A DNA stretch of 63,543 nucleotides, the filler included, from Nemertoderma westbladi (Eukaryota; Animalia; Xenacoelomorpha), in the NCBI GenBank assembly GCA_032718475.1. It is 3 parts of 3 records of this genome, joined end to end, with 100 filler letters (N's around TTAATTAATTAA, not from the genome) between each part and the next. Parts side by side here need not be neighbours in the genome. Positions count along the whole stretch, not along the records: positions 18,549 to 46,953 come from JAUCBJ010001753.1; positions 47,054 to 63,543 come from JAUCBJ010001818.1; 1 more part is not named here. One strand, given 5' to 3'. Shown here piece by piece: positions 38,715 through 50,000 of the stretch (positions are counted from its first letter, which is position 1; every line of letters starts with the position of its first letter). Made by a program: the position numbers and the translations under genes. The notes below the pieces were generated by a model. It was given only the letters and a program-made list of their open reading frames with translations, did not search any database and was not told where the DNA came from.

Positions 38715-39161
38715 ATGGACGAAAGTGGAAGTGGTTCAAATCCTCAAATAAACCAGGGACATCATTCGAATCAGGGACCTCAGTGGTGGAAACTGACGAT
38801 CTTATTTTCGGGTATCGCGTTACCCGCGTTAATTGGCGGCGCGGCTTTCGCTTTACTAAACCAAAGGAAGCAGGAGCCCGAACTGTCGGTAAACGAGCGA
38901 GTTTATCGGGAAGGTGTTCGCCTGGCGTGGCGAGCTCTCGCTTGGGGCACCGTGTACTCGGCTACTGGGGTATCCGCACTCACACTGGTCTCCTGCTATT
39001 TTCTCGGGATTCGCGGGATTTCCGACGTTCGACCGCGATTGGGTGAGGTGTTCCCCCGAGTAACGAAACAGGGCGCGCCTACGTCAACCTCTTTTAAAGA
39101 ATTCTATAAAATTATAGACGAGGAAGATAGCAAAGTAAAATCAAACGAGAAGAAATCATAA
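38715..39161 (+). CDS. TMEM242: Transmembrane protein 242 (intronless CDS)
   Basis: Two hydrophobic segments and the motif EGVRLAWRALAWGTVYS...LGIRGISD.R.RL..VFP. First ATG is at 38715. Confidence 0.8.
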   Translation: MDESGSGSNPQINQGHHSNQGPQWWKLTILFSGIALPALIGGAAFALLNQRKQEPELSVNERVYREGVRLAWRALAWGTVYSATGVSALTLVSCYFLGIRGISDVRPRLGEVFPRVTKQGAPTSTSFKEFYKIIDEEDSKVKSNEKKS

Positions 39162-39373
39162 CTGAGAGAGGAGAAGAGTTTCTAGCTTACGTCTTAATGT
39201 CTTAAGAGTTTAACCCAATTAATTGAATCACGGATAAGTATAAATAAATAGTTACCTAATAAAAGTGCGAAGATCATTTTATTTTTATATAATTTTATTA
39301 CTATAATATAATTAAAAATCAATAAATTTACTGAGTCCTGATTTAACTGAACTTCACTTTCGGCCTTTCCACT

Positions 39374-40588
39374 ATGATGGCGTTGGAAGAAAAACTTTCG
39401 GTTTTACGTTGTCAACTCATCGCCCAATGTCCGACATCCAAGGCTCGCGTCCTCAAAGTAACACCCCCGCACTACGCCGTAGACACGCCCCAATTCATGC
39501 CAGTGGGCACGCAGGGCGCAATGAAGGGCGTAACGCCCGCCCAACTAGAGACAATCGGTTGTCAGATAATCCTAGCCAACACGTATCACCTAGGCAACCG
39601 CCCTGGGGTGGGCGTACTTCGTGCTGCCGGGGGTCTACACCGGTTCATGGGCTGGTCTCGGGGTCTCCTTACAGACAGCGGCGGCTTCCAGATGGTCTCC
39701 TTGCTCAAACTCTCCGAGGTTAGCGAGGCCGGTGTGGAGTTCGAGGACCCCCACTGCCCCGGGTCCCGGTCCCTGCTGTCCCCCGAGCGCAGTATGGACA
39801 TACAGAGCGCTATCGGCGCCGACGTGATTATGCAGTTAGACGATGTTGTTCACACGTCGGTTACGGGGCCACGGGTTGCCGAAGCGATGAGACGATCTGT
39901 CCGATGGTTGGATCGATGTGTCGCCTCATATTCCGCGGACAGACAGGCGTTATTCCCGATCATTCAAGGCGGTTTAGACGAGGAACTCCGCGCGGAATGC
40001 GCTCGAGAGATGGTTGCTAGGGACGCGGTAGGCTACGCGATAGGGGGGCTCAGTGGCGGCGAAGAAAAACAGCTGTTTTGGCGGGTTGTTAAGCAGTGCG
40101 CGGACCTTCTACCTCCGGGGAAACCGAGGTACCTCATGGGGGTCGGATACCCCGTGGATCTGGTTGTCTGCGCTGCTCTCGGTTGCGACATGTTCGACTG
40201 CGTTTATCCGACGCGCAGCGGGCGTATAGGCACGGCGTTAGTAGACTCGGGTACGCTCGACCTCTACAAGGAGACGTACGCACTCGATACCAACCCTATA
40301 GACCGGGACTGCCCTTGTACCACCTGTAGAACTTATTCCCGATCCTTCATACGTTCTATACTATCTGAGACTTTGAGTTGCCATTTAGTGACGATTCACA
40401 ACTTAACTTATCAGGTTCGTTTGATGCAGCGCCTTCGTTCCAGTATACTGGAGGGCCGGTTTCCTAGTTTCGTTAGAACCTTTATGAACTCGAATTTTCC
40501 CAATAATTCCTACCCGGAATGGGTAGTAGACGCTCTTAGTTCAGTTAATATTACTTTGGAACAGAGAGCGGAATTATTTCAACTGTAG
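39374..40588 (+). CDS. QTRT1: Queuine tRNA-ribosyltransferase catalytic subunit (intronless CDS)
   Basis: TPQFMPVGTQG, LANTYHL, LTDSGGFQ, QLDDVV, GGLSGGE, DMFDCVYPTR and Zn site CPCTTC...HNL. Confidence 0.97.
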   Translation: MMALEEKLSVLRCQLIAQCPTSKARVLKVTPPHYAVDTPQFMPVGTQGAMKGVTPAQLETIGCQIILANTYHLGNRPGVGVLRAAGGLHRFMGWSRGLLTDSGGFQMVSLLKLSEVSEAGVEFEDPHCPGSRSLLSPERSMDIQSAIGADVIMQLDDVVHTSVTGPRVAEAMRRSVRWLDRCVASYSADRQALFPIIQGGLDEELRAECAREMVARDAVGYAIGGLSGGEEKQLFWRVVKQCADLLPPGKPRYLMGVGYPVDLVVCAALGCDMFDCVYPTRSGRIGTALVDSGTLDLYKETYALDTNPIDRDCPCTTCRTYSRSFIRSILSETLSCHLVTIHNLTYQVRLMQRLRSSILEGRFPSFVRTFMNSNFPNNSYPEWVVDALSSVNITLEQRAELFQL

Positions 40589-41157
40589 AATTGTTATATT
40601 TCAGTGATGTAACAGTGATTTTAAGTTTGCTTTTAGAGAACAATAATAATGAACATATAGCAAATTCCTTGGATATTTTATAGTATAGTATATTGTTATC
40701 ATAGAAACTCCAACAAGCAACCTAATGCTAGTGTTGTAATTTGCACATAAGAAATATGAAAATGGACAGAACAAAACCCGTCACCGTCACTAATTACAAT
40801 AATACGGCTGACAACATTTCATTATTCTCATGAGTTTGTAATAACGCTAATAAAATTCTGCGTTTACAATTTACATTGTCTTTCGCTATGTTGTGGTCCA
40901 TACAAATTCCGGTTTAAACCAACTATTTAAATATAAATAAATTTATTTTGACTAATTAATTTGTCTTAGTCTCGTTTTTTTCTCAGATATGCCAATAAAA
41001 TGCTTCCTCTAGAAAACAAAATCAAAATTTTACAAGTATTTACAGAAGAGAACTTGGTATTTATTCGGATTGGCTAATCTGTCAATTACAATTTAATAAT
41101 TATTATTCGTATTATAAGTTAGGCCTATCTGTGTCCATTCCATAGCCTTTCATTTAT

Positions 41158-41416
41158 GAGACAGGGGAGGAAACTGGACGCAAAAACCCGCCTTAGCGAA
41201 TTAATATCCCGCCTCAATGCTAAATTCTCAATTTAGGAAAAGGAGCAGGTTACAGTGGCACGTTATTTTAACCAAAACAATAAAATATACACAATAGAAC
41301 AGGATACAGTTTTATTTTTGAGAGTAATCAGCTGTTAATTGCGTCGAATTTCCCCTGGAGAGGGATGAATTTGTATTGCGTCGAGTCCCCCCCCCCCCCC
41401 CCCCCCCCCCTCTCTG
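41158..41416 (+). mobile_element. MITE family A copy, 75 bp upstream of the F-box ATG
   Basis: Inner TIR ACTGGACGCAA; near-perfect 8-bp TSD tcatttat / taatttat. Confidence 0.85.
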
Positions 41417-41491
41417 TAATTTATATAACAAGTTATTCCAATTTGTATATTAATTATAACAAATGGGTCGGTATACGAATGTTTCCTTGGA

Positions 41492-42706
41492 ATGTCTCGA
41501 TTTCTCAATCTCCCAGATGAACTGCTGGTAAACATATTATTACAGCTCAACGTGAAGGACCTTGGCGTTTTAGCCAGTGTTTGTAAGAAACTACTGCGTA
41601 TAACGCGTGACGCCTATTTATGGAATCGTTTGGGCCGAAATTATATAAATTTCCGCGGGCCAGTTGCATCTAATCCTACCTCCCAAATATTATGCAGATA
41701 CGCTCACAACTGGCAACATGGCCGTTGTAGTCTGCACACCTGCCTCGTATACACTGAACTTAAAGGTAGACACAATCGCGCGTGTAAACTCCTCCCTTGG
41801 GTGGCGTTGCAAGGAGATTACCTATACAGCGCCATGGGTAATGCCATCGTGCGTTACAGAACTTTTGATACGGGCGAGTTACGACAGAACGAGCGTGTAA
41901 CGTATCGAAGTTATGGTCGCGACGCCGAAGATATACATCGATTCGTGGTACTTCCCGACTCCGTAGTGGCTGGATGTTGGGATGGCTGCCTCCGGTACTG
42001 GAGTAATATGACCAGTAACGCGATTATAGATGACAATATTTACTATAACACTTCCACAATTCAATCTCACATTTCTCCTGTACTGTGTATCGATGCTACA
42101 ACTCAGCTAACTGTAACTGGTTCTGCCTCTTCAATTCGAATGTTTCCGAGTAATGAAACTGAAAGTATTTGGTTGCAAACAACTTCTTATAGATTGCGCG
42201 ACGTTATGATACATGGTGGCTTGTTGATAAGCGTTCCAGGTCCGTGTCTTTGGGATTTAGAAACTGGGAAATCTGTGTCACATAATAATTTACAGTACTC
42301 ACCGAGTCTACGTACATTGCTACCTTTCGACGAGAGTAGTTACCTTTACTGCGGCGACACTGCGACCATAGGTGTTGTCGACATGCGAGCACCACAGACA
42401 CTGGTGCAACATCTAGAGGAACCCCACGGGAACCCGGTGTTCTCCATGGCAACCGATTCCCAGTGGTGCGTGCTGGGTGGTTGTTGTCGACACGGATTGG
42501 TGGACGTTTGGGATCTGCGTTGGCCGCGGGTCTGTTTGCGTTCTATATTTCTCGGTGAGCGCGTTCGCTCGCCCGTATACTGTATCCAGATGAACCACCG
42601 TATATTGTACGGAGCCCTGGATAGTAAACTAGTTTATTTAGATTTCTACAACAATCCTGGATGTCATAAGCCACCAACTTTTTCCATCGCTTTCAAAGAC
42701 AGTTGA
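41492..42706 (+). CDS. FBXW4: F-box/WD40 protein, FBXW4 (dactylin)-like (intronless CDS)
   Basis: F-box LNLPDELLVNIL...LASVCKKL; NWQHGRC, LLPWVAL, EEPH, HGLVDVWDLR and SPVYC...LYGAL. Confidence 0.75.
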   Translation: MSRFLNLPDELLVNILLQLNVKDLGVLASVCKKLLRITRDAYLWNRLGRNYINFRGPVASNPTSQILCRYAHNWQHGRCSLHTCLVYTELKGRHNRACKLLPWVALQGDYLYSAMGNAIVRYRTFDTGELRQNERVTYRSYGRDAEDIHRFVVLPDSVVAGCWDGCLRYWSNMTSNAIIDDNIYYNTSTIQSHISPVLCIDATTQLTVTGSASSIRMFPSNETESIWLQTTSYRLRDVMIHGGLLISVPGPCLWDLETGKSVSHNNLQYSPSLRTLLPFDESSYLYCGDTATIGVVDMRAPQTLVQHLEEPHGNPVFSMATDSQWCVLGGCCRHGLVDVWDLRWPRVCLRSIFLGERVRSPVYCIQMNHRILYGALDSKLVYLDFYNNPGCHKPPTFSIAFKDS

Positions 42707-42772
42707 ACCTTTAGGCGCAAATAAATAAATTGGCTTTCGACCAGGGGCTAGAACAAGGTATATTCTTTGGTT

Positions 42773-42993
42773 GGGTGCAATCTTCGCCCGCGTCCAACCT
42801 TCGCTCGCATGGCAATCTTCGCCCGCATTCAACCTTCGCCCAATAAGATTTGTATTAGTTACCATTTTAGTATCCGGGAAAGGGAAAGGAGCAGGTTACA
42901 GAGAAGGCTTTTTCTAACCAAATCAATAATTGTTTAGTGGGCGAAGGTTGCTCGCGGGCGAAGATTGGACGCGGGCGAAGTTGGCTGCGTACC
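42773..42993. mobile_element. Small inverted-repeat element carrying the family A core motif
   Basis: cttcgccc repeats face gggcgaag repeats, with gggaaaggagcaggttacag in the centre. No TSD seen. Confidence 0.55.
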
Positions 42994-44419
42994 TTTCCCG
43001 CTGTTACGACGAAGGTTCGAACTATAAATAATGGCTAGAAATATTTCACAGAATGCCCATCAATACAATTACCAAATATAGAGTTTTTTTTCATAGCCGT
43101 AAAATTGGAACTGGAACAAACTGCAGGATGTTCCTTAATTATTTGGTTTAATTAACCCGCATTAACCCCCCCCCCCCCCCCCCCGCCATTGACACTATTC
43201 AGACAACTTACAATTTAATTTAATGCTTAATGATGGGAATGTCCCAGGTGGTTATTAATAATAATATTAATATTAATCATATTTAATATTTATTATATTA
43301 ATCTGAAGCTGTTAATAATTTAATTATTTGATACTACTAAACTAATAATAGACGTAACATGTAACATAATCGAGATTACAAAATTAACATAGAAAATAAA
43401 ATTATTGAATAAAAAAACAGAAAAATAGCACCAATTCAATGGGACAGGGTGTTATCGTAAATCGTGAATCTCAGCAAATTAATATCTCGCGCTCGCCGGC
43501 GAATTATCAATGTTAATTATGAATTAAAGGAAAGGAGCGGGATACTGTAACATGTCATTCGAACGAACACATTATAAACGGAGGTTTCACTTTTCTTAAA
43601 ACAGCTGTTTGCATGGATTTTCTCCAAAGGAAAGAGATGGCTCCAATTTGAACGCATCAACTGGCCCGCTCCCCTATCGGTACTATTATAAAATGATATA
43701 CAAATCCATTGTAGATATACAACTACATTTACTTTTTTTTATAATTTAACATTGAGACGAGGGACGAGATACAAATTCACCGAGATGGGACTTAACGCAA
43801 AGTTACTGATACATTTTAAAAAGTTGAAATCAGTTAATTATTTACATCATAGTGTGAAAAGGAGCACTTTTCACCGTTACGAACCGAGTGTATTTACGTA
43901 CAGGGCGATTTACATAAATATAAAATGGTCATAAAAACGCTGATTAGTGCTCTTTTCACACGATGGTGTACGTAATTATGTTACATTGTGTCAAGTTATC
44001 GGCGTTCTATATGCTTAATTATTACCGGTACCTTTAATATTGTGATGTCTAGGCATATTAATGAAATTCATATCCTTTTTATGCAATTAATTTAAGTTAC
44101 TACAATAATATTTGTGGGACGGTAAATAATCTTACACTTGCCTACAATGGCTTATCAAAGGATATTATACAAGGCGTGTTCTAGAAGTTTATTGTTACTA
44201 AGTTAGTGATTACTTTGCAGCGTTCCGTCCTATAGACCGCAACGCTGCATAGAGGTACTTTGCAGCGCTACGAGTAATTCACCAGAACGCTGATAAGTTG
44301 ACTAATGTACCGGTAACAACATTTTATTTTCATCCATAAAAATAAATTTCACCTTTCCTATTTTCATAATTTCGATAAATCGTAGTAAAATAAGAGTGCC
44401 GGTATAATTCCCCACGTGT

Positions 44420-45655
44420 TTATATGACTTCCGGCGGTTTACCAATGCCGGTATCATTTGGTATGTTCGATATTATAGGTAATCCTCCGTCAGGGTTCGG
44501 TATTTCCAACCCCTTCCCGATCGCAACTCGGCCGGAATCGTCACTAAGAGGTTGAAAACCGGAGGGTTTCCGATACAGAATGTAATGCTGAACCATAAAA
44601 AGTATATCAAAGGACAAAGAAAACGCACCCAAACCAAATTTAGTCAGGTCGCCAAATATTGACTGCCAATCATCCAGATTATAAGCTAATAGCATCATCT
44701 GAAGAATACTTAATGTCCCGCCAGTAAAGTCAAGCAGAACATTACCGATACTCCATCCAACTGTACTTTTCCTTCTAAAATTCATATACGCCTGAGGCAC
44801 ATACTTTATAATGGATACAGCCAGCTTTATATACGAGAAGTACGTGATACACAAGATCCATTCCAGGCCGCCACAAGCGGTTACAATAACCGATACAACT
44901 GTAAATAACCAAGAAGAGCCTAAAACTAGAATACAGACTTTAGAGATTGCTTGGCCACCGCGTTCGTAAATAATACATTGAATTACGATGATAAACATTG
45001 CGGCGACAGCGTGTAGAGAAAATACTAAGTCGTTGAGCTGCACGGGTATAATTGCAGCGTGGTACGTTGCTTTGTATTGTTTCTGGATGTATGGGAAACA
45101 ATATAACGCCACATTGTAGACGCTATATGCGGTAAACCCGATGGTATTGTATGATGTATAGTCGAAACTCATACCCACAACGGATTTCCGTTGGTAATTA
45201 ACGATAATTTGTGGGTAAAATGAAATTGTCCACGCGGCAAAATAAATCCAACCGACGACGAAAGATATCCATTTAATAGCTTCACTGATCATTACGGTAA
45301 CGTGGACGTATGCCAGATCAGCATCGGATACTTCATCCGATGATGTTGAGAATGAAATAACGGATTGGCCGGGTGCCAGGGCAACTACGCCCACCTCGAC
45401 AGTTTTGTTGCCCAATAGTGTTATATTCCGAGGGACACTGGCGATGTGCGGACGGGAACTGGAGAGTTTGATCACGGCTGGATAGGATAAATTTCCGCTT
45501 GTAGACATCAAGAACGACCCGTTCGTGTTGTCTAACAACGAAACTGATTCATTGAATATTTCCAAGTGGACTTCCATTGGGAGGGATAAGCCTAATTTAA
45601 CCGCAGTAGCGATCAATAATATTAGTGTGGAACACACAAAGCTTAGACAAATCAT
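44420..45655 (-). CDS. CTNS: Cystinosin, PQ-loop lysosomal cystine transporter (intronless CDS)
   Basis: Signal-like N-terminus from ATG 45655 and N-glycosylation sites; GWIYFAAWTISFYPQ, RKSVVG, KYVPQAYMNFRRKSTVGWSIGNVLLDFTGG and TKFGLG. Confidence 0.95.
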   Translation of the reverse strand: MICLSFVCSTLILLIATAVKLGLSLPMEVHLEIFNESVSLLDNTNGSFLMSTSGNLSYPAVIKLSSSRPHIASVPRNITLLGNKTVEVGVVALAPGQSVISFSTSSDEVSDADLAYVHVTVMISEAIKWISFVVGWIYFAAWTISFYPQIIVNYQRKSVVGMSFDYTSYNTIGFTAYSVYNVALYCFPYIQKQYKATYHAAIIPVQLNDLVFSLHAVAAMFIIVIQCIIYERGGQAISKVCILVLGSSWLFTVVSVIVTACGGLEWILCITYFSYIKLAVSIIKYVPQAYMNFRRKSTVGWSIGNVLLDFTGGTLSILQMMLLAYNLDDWQSIFGDLTKFGLGAFSLSFDILFMVQHYILYRKPSGFQPLSDDSGRVAIGKGLEIPNPDGGLPIISNIPNDTGIGKPPEVI

Positions 45656-45747
45656 TTCGCAGTTCGCTGGCTGCCGGCGCACTAATACCAAATAAGGCCT
45701 ATAAGCATGAAACAAGGAGCTTGAAATCCCGAGACCCTGAACCAGAT

Positions 45748-45935
45748 CTAATACAGTACAAAACTTTACAATACAACACTAAACAATACCCGGTACTGCA
45801 ATACAATGCTTTACAGTACAATACCAGATAATATAATACTTTACCATACAATACACTACAATACGATACAATGCAAAACGATACAATACAATACAGTAAA
45901 ATACAAGCAATACAGTTCAATAAATACATTACAAT
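45748..45935. repeat. Degenerate (AATAC)n microsatellite upstream of CTNS
   Basis: 5-bp periodic tacaa/tacag units. Confidence 0.75.
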
Positions 45936-45984
45936 TCCACCCATCTACTGAGGGGAGGGGGGGGGGGGGGGGGGTTGGAGATCT

Positions 45985-46620
45985 GCGCAGCCATATGGAA
46001 GAGTTCCCACGCCACAGGATAACGGATAGTCTGGGGAAAGTAGAGCTTCTAGCAGTCTAGGGTAGACCAGTCAGGTTCTTTAGCAGCCTGCGCCAGGGAG
46101 ATAGGGTGGGGGTGAGGTGAGGTGATGGTTGAAAGGGGCATGTTGCAGGGTATGGGAGACCAATGCCTCGGATTGGCAGACGGATGCAATGTATGCCGCA
46201 GGGGCATGATCAACTGTTCTGCGAACCGAAGACCAACACCTCCCATTGCCCATGGAGGTTGGGAGAACAGCCTTATCGGCAGACCAGCTGGAAAGAGTCC
46301 CCTACAAGGTCGGACAGAGCGTCATGAATGACGGAATCAAACTGGGAGGTCGCAGCTTGGATGAGGTCAGGGGGGCAGCAGCGAAGAGCAGAAGAGCAAA
46401 CACAACTTGGGGGAGTGAAAGGCACGACCGAAGCAGAGTCATCTCCATCTGATAATCTTTCAAGTCTAGTAGCAGTTCAATGATGGACCTGGACCTGACC
46501 TTTTCAACTCTGCCCCTCAAAGAGGCCTCGCAGAAGGATTCTGGACCAATTGGGGAACCTAACCCAGTACTGCAGTACTGCAGTATAGGATGAAACAATT
46601 GGAAAGTACAGGGGTTGAGG
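45985..46620 (-). mobile_element. Degraded CRE-like non-LTR retrotransposon fragment (region C-terminal to RT)
   Basis: LGSPIGPESFCE...RVEKV...DLKDYQMEMTLLRSCLSLP and LPTSMG/GGVGLR across frameshifts. Confidence 0.6.
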
Positions 46621-46778
46621 TGGGAAGGGGATTTGGCAGAGATGTGGATGACTCAGGGATGAACAACTGGGACTAATACAGTTCCGGTAGGTAGGTTAGG
46701 TACTGAGGTATGCAGCACACAACAGCAACAGCAACAACAGAGAACAACTGAACAAGGAAGGACTGCAGGACAGATCTG

Positions 46779-46953
46779 CAGATAGGGGGTGGGGGGGGGG
46801 GGGGGGGGGTAACTGGACGCAAATTCATCCTTCTCCAGGGGAAATACGACGCAAATAACAGCTGATTACACTCAAAAATAAAACTGTAACCTGTTCTATT
46901 GTGTTTAGTTTATTGTTTTTTAAAATAACGTGCCACTGTAACGTGTAACCTGC
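46779..46953 (-). mobile_element. MITE family A copy (reverse orientation, cut by the gap)
   Basis: CAGATAGG-G(n)-AACTGGACGCAA followed by the reverse complement of the family core. Confidence 0.8.
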
Positions 46954-47053
46954 NNNNNNNNNNNNNNNNNNNNNNNNNNNNNNNNNNNNNNNNNNNNTTA
47001 ATTAATTAANNNNNNNNNNNNNNNNNNNNNNNNNNNNNNNNNNNNNNNNNNNN
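46954..47053. other. Artificial scaffold spacer
   Basis: N44-TTAATTAATTAA-N44. Confidence 0.95.
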
Positions 47054-50000
47054 GTGTGCTGGAAGATTGGTTCGTTGAAGCCTGCCAAACAGCCATTGTG
47101 CAGGGGACAACCCATCTTCTCTTGGTGTGTTTCTCCATTCTAATAGAGCGGGTTCAAAGGATACTTTATCAAGACACCCATTTTTCCAATGTTTTTTAAT
47201 TAATGTCTTCATTGCTTTAACGCCAGCCTCAGCATGACCGTTGGACTGAGGATATCCTGCTGATGAAGTTTCATGTTCTACTCCATTTTCTGTGCAGAAC
47301 TTTCCAAATTCACCTGAACTGAATTGGGGTCCTCCATCACTTCTAAGACGGTTGGGAATACCCCAATCAGCAAATAAAGTTCGTAGAGTATCGATCACAT
47401 TCTTGCTAGTTGGGTATCTTCCGAATGAAGCGACACATGGCCATCCGGAATATCTGTCAACGTAAACTAAAAAGTGTTTTGCTGCATACTCAAACATGTC
47501 GGTACTAGCTGATTCGAATGGCCTTGCTGTTGTTTCAGATGAATCAGGTTTCATTGGTTCCTGAGTCTGACTTGGACGCATGGTTTGACATATCTCACAG
47601 TCTTCTATGACTTGTTTTATGTCATTTCCCATTCCAGGCCAGCAAAACAAAGTTCGAGCACGAGACTTTGTTCTTGTTATTCCCTGGTGAGATAGGTGAA
47701 GAATCTTCAATATATTACGTCATTGACTGGCTGGTACCACAATCCTTGTAGCATCAACCATGATCAGACCATCATCTACAGATAAGCGATTCCAGTCCTT
47801 TTTATAGCACCGACCTGGGTGGTTGATGGAAAGTTTCACAACATCAACTTTGTCCTTCACTGCATTGTATATGATCTGATAATCATCATCATCTTTTGCA
47901 GCTGCTCTAATAATTCCAAGTGAATTATCTTTATCTATGCCAATATCATTTGATTGAAGATGTTGACAAATAATCTCTTGAATGGATATTTTATCAACAA
48001 CTTTGTCAATTGGATCAGGATCTGATATTGGCGAACGACTAAGAGCATCAGCAATATTATGAGTTTTTCCTTTCACCCACTCTAGTTTAAACACATAACC
48101 CGATAATTTTTCAAGTAATCTTTGAAGACGTGGATTTTGTATAGCATCAAGATTAGTACCATTGCATATACCAATAAGCGGTCTATGATCAGTGTGGACG
48201 ACAAATGCTGTACCAATAAGGTATAGTTTGCAACAATATATTGCCCACTGAATAGCAAGGAGTTCTATTTCACATACAGCATATCTTGTCTCGGCATCTG
48301 ATAAGTAGCGTGATCCACAACGCACTAACCATTTACTTCCATCATTGTGTTCTTGTAACAGGGCATAACCAATTCCGGTTCTGGAAGCATCAGTTAATAA
48401 GAACGTTGCCAATTTCGGATCATAATGTGCTAGAACTGGTGTAGTTGTCAATGACAATTTAGTTGCTTCAAAGGCTTCAGTGTGTTCATCCAACCACTGA
48501 TAGGCATTCTTCGGAGATAAAAGTCCACGTAATGGTGCTGACTTCTGGGCAACTCCAGGGGAAAATTGTGAGAGTTGGTTGACTAACCCAAAGAAACTTC
48601 TTAGGTCAGTGATTGTGCTAGGAGTAGGGAAGTCACGGATTGCAGCAATTTTTTCTGGATCTGGTTTAGTACCTTTGCTACTAATAATAAAACCAGCAAA
48701 ACGAACTTCCTGAGCAATTATGAATTTCTTTTTTGATAAGGTAATTTGATGCTTTTGACATCTATCCATAATTTCTCTTATAGTGACTTTAACATTATCA
48801 AATGTATCACCATAGACAAGTATATCATCCACAATTTTCAGTTTTGATGCAATGCCATCTAGAGCTGCATCACCTCGTGCACAATATTCATCTCCAGAAC
48901 TTGACAAACCCATTGGAGCTCTGGCATATCTCTTCCGGCCCCATGGCGTTAAGAAAGTTGTGAATGGTTTACTGTCATTGACCAAAGGAATCTGCCAGTA
49001 ACCTTTTGTGGCGTCTAGAGTAGCAAACCATTTCGATGTAGCTGGGACAGAAGAGGCAATATCTTGTGGTGTTGGGAAAGGGTGGACTGGTCGCTGGACA
49101 AGTTCATTGAGACCTTTATAGTCAACCACCAGTCTTATCTCACCTGGTTGATGTGGTTTACCAACAACTAGAAAAGGAGATACCCAATCAGATGGACCAT
49201 CTTTGACATCCTCTATAATCCCCATAGCTTCCATTTTGTCCAATTCAGACTTTGCTTTTTCTCTGTAAGCAAAAGGAATATTCCTTGCAACATTGCAGTG
49301 CATTGGCTTTGTTCCTGGAAGCAGTGGTTTCAAATATATTTTCATTGGTGGACCTTTCATAGACTTTAATTGAATTTCACTGTTGAAGACATCAGAATAT
49401 TCTTCGAAAATGTTATGTTTAAATTCTTCAACTTCATCCACTGCTGTATTTGAGCTGGCCACGAATTTAACTGACTTTTCAACTGGTTCTTCCTGGTTAG
49501 ATTCTACTTTATTAACTGCAACACCATACTTCGCCGCATCTTCTAGTGAATACGGAAAGGTAGATGGAATAATGCCTAGATCAATAAGATTGTGCCATGC
49601 TAGTAGAATATTATCAACATCTGGGGTTACATATGCCATGACATTTGCCTGATGGTGCAACCATTCAATGTTGAGGTAAACAGAACCCTCACAAACCATA
49701 GAGGAACCATTTGCAGCGATAATTGAAACTTTATTATTGGTGTTAATTTGAAAGTCAACATTTTCAAGCATTCTAGAACTGACAATGGCTTCAGATGCAC
49801 CTGTATCTGGTAATATATCATTTTCAAAAGGTATACCATGACCATTGGCTGGTGAAATTCGAACTCTTGCTAGTGGTGTCGATTTACCACTATGAGTTGC
49901 TGATACTTTGACTGCAATAAATCTACTATATACCTGTATAGTATTTGATTTAGCTGTATATTGCCCATTTGCAGATTTTCCAACCTTTTTGACTGCGACA

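Noticed and set aside
39374-40588. Bacterial tgt acquired by HGT or contamination
   Set aside because: Eukaryote-type residues (LDDVV, GLSGGE, DLVVC.ALGCDMFDCV) and eukaryotic neighbours.
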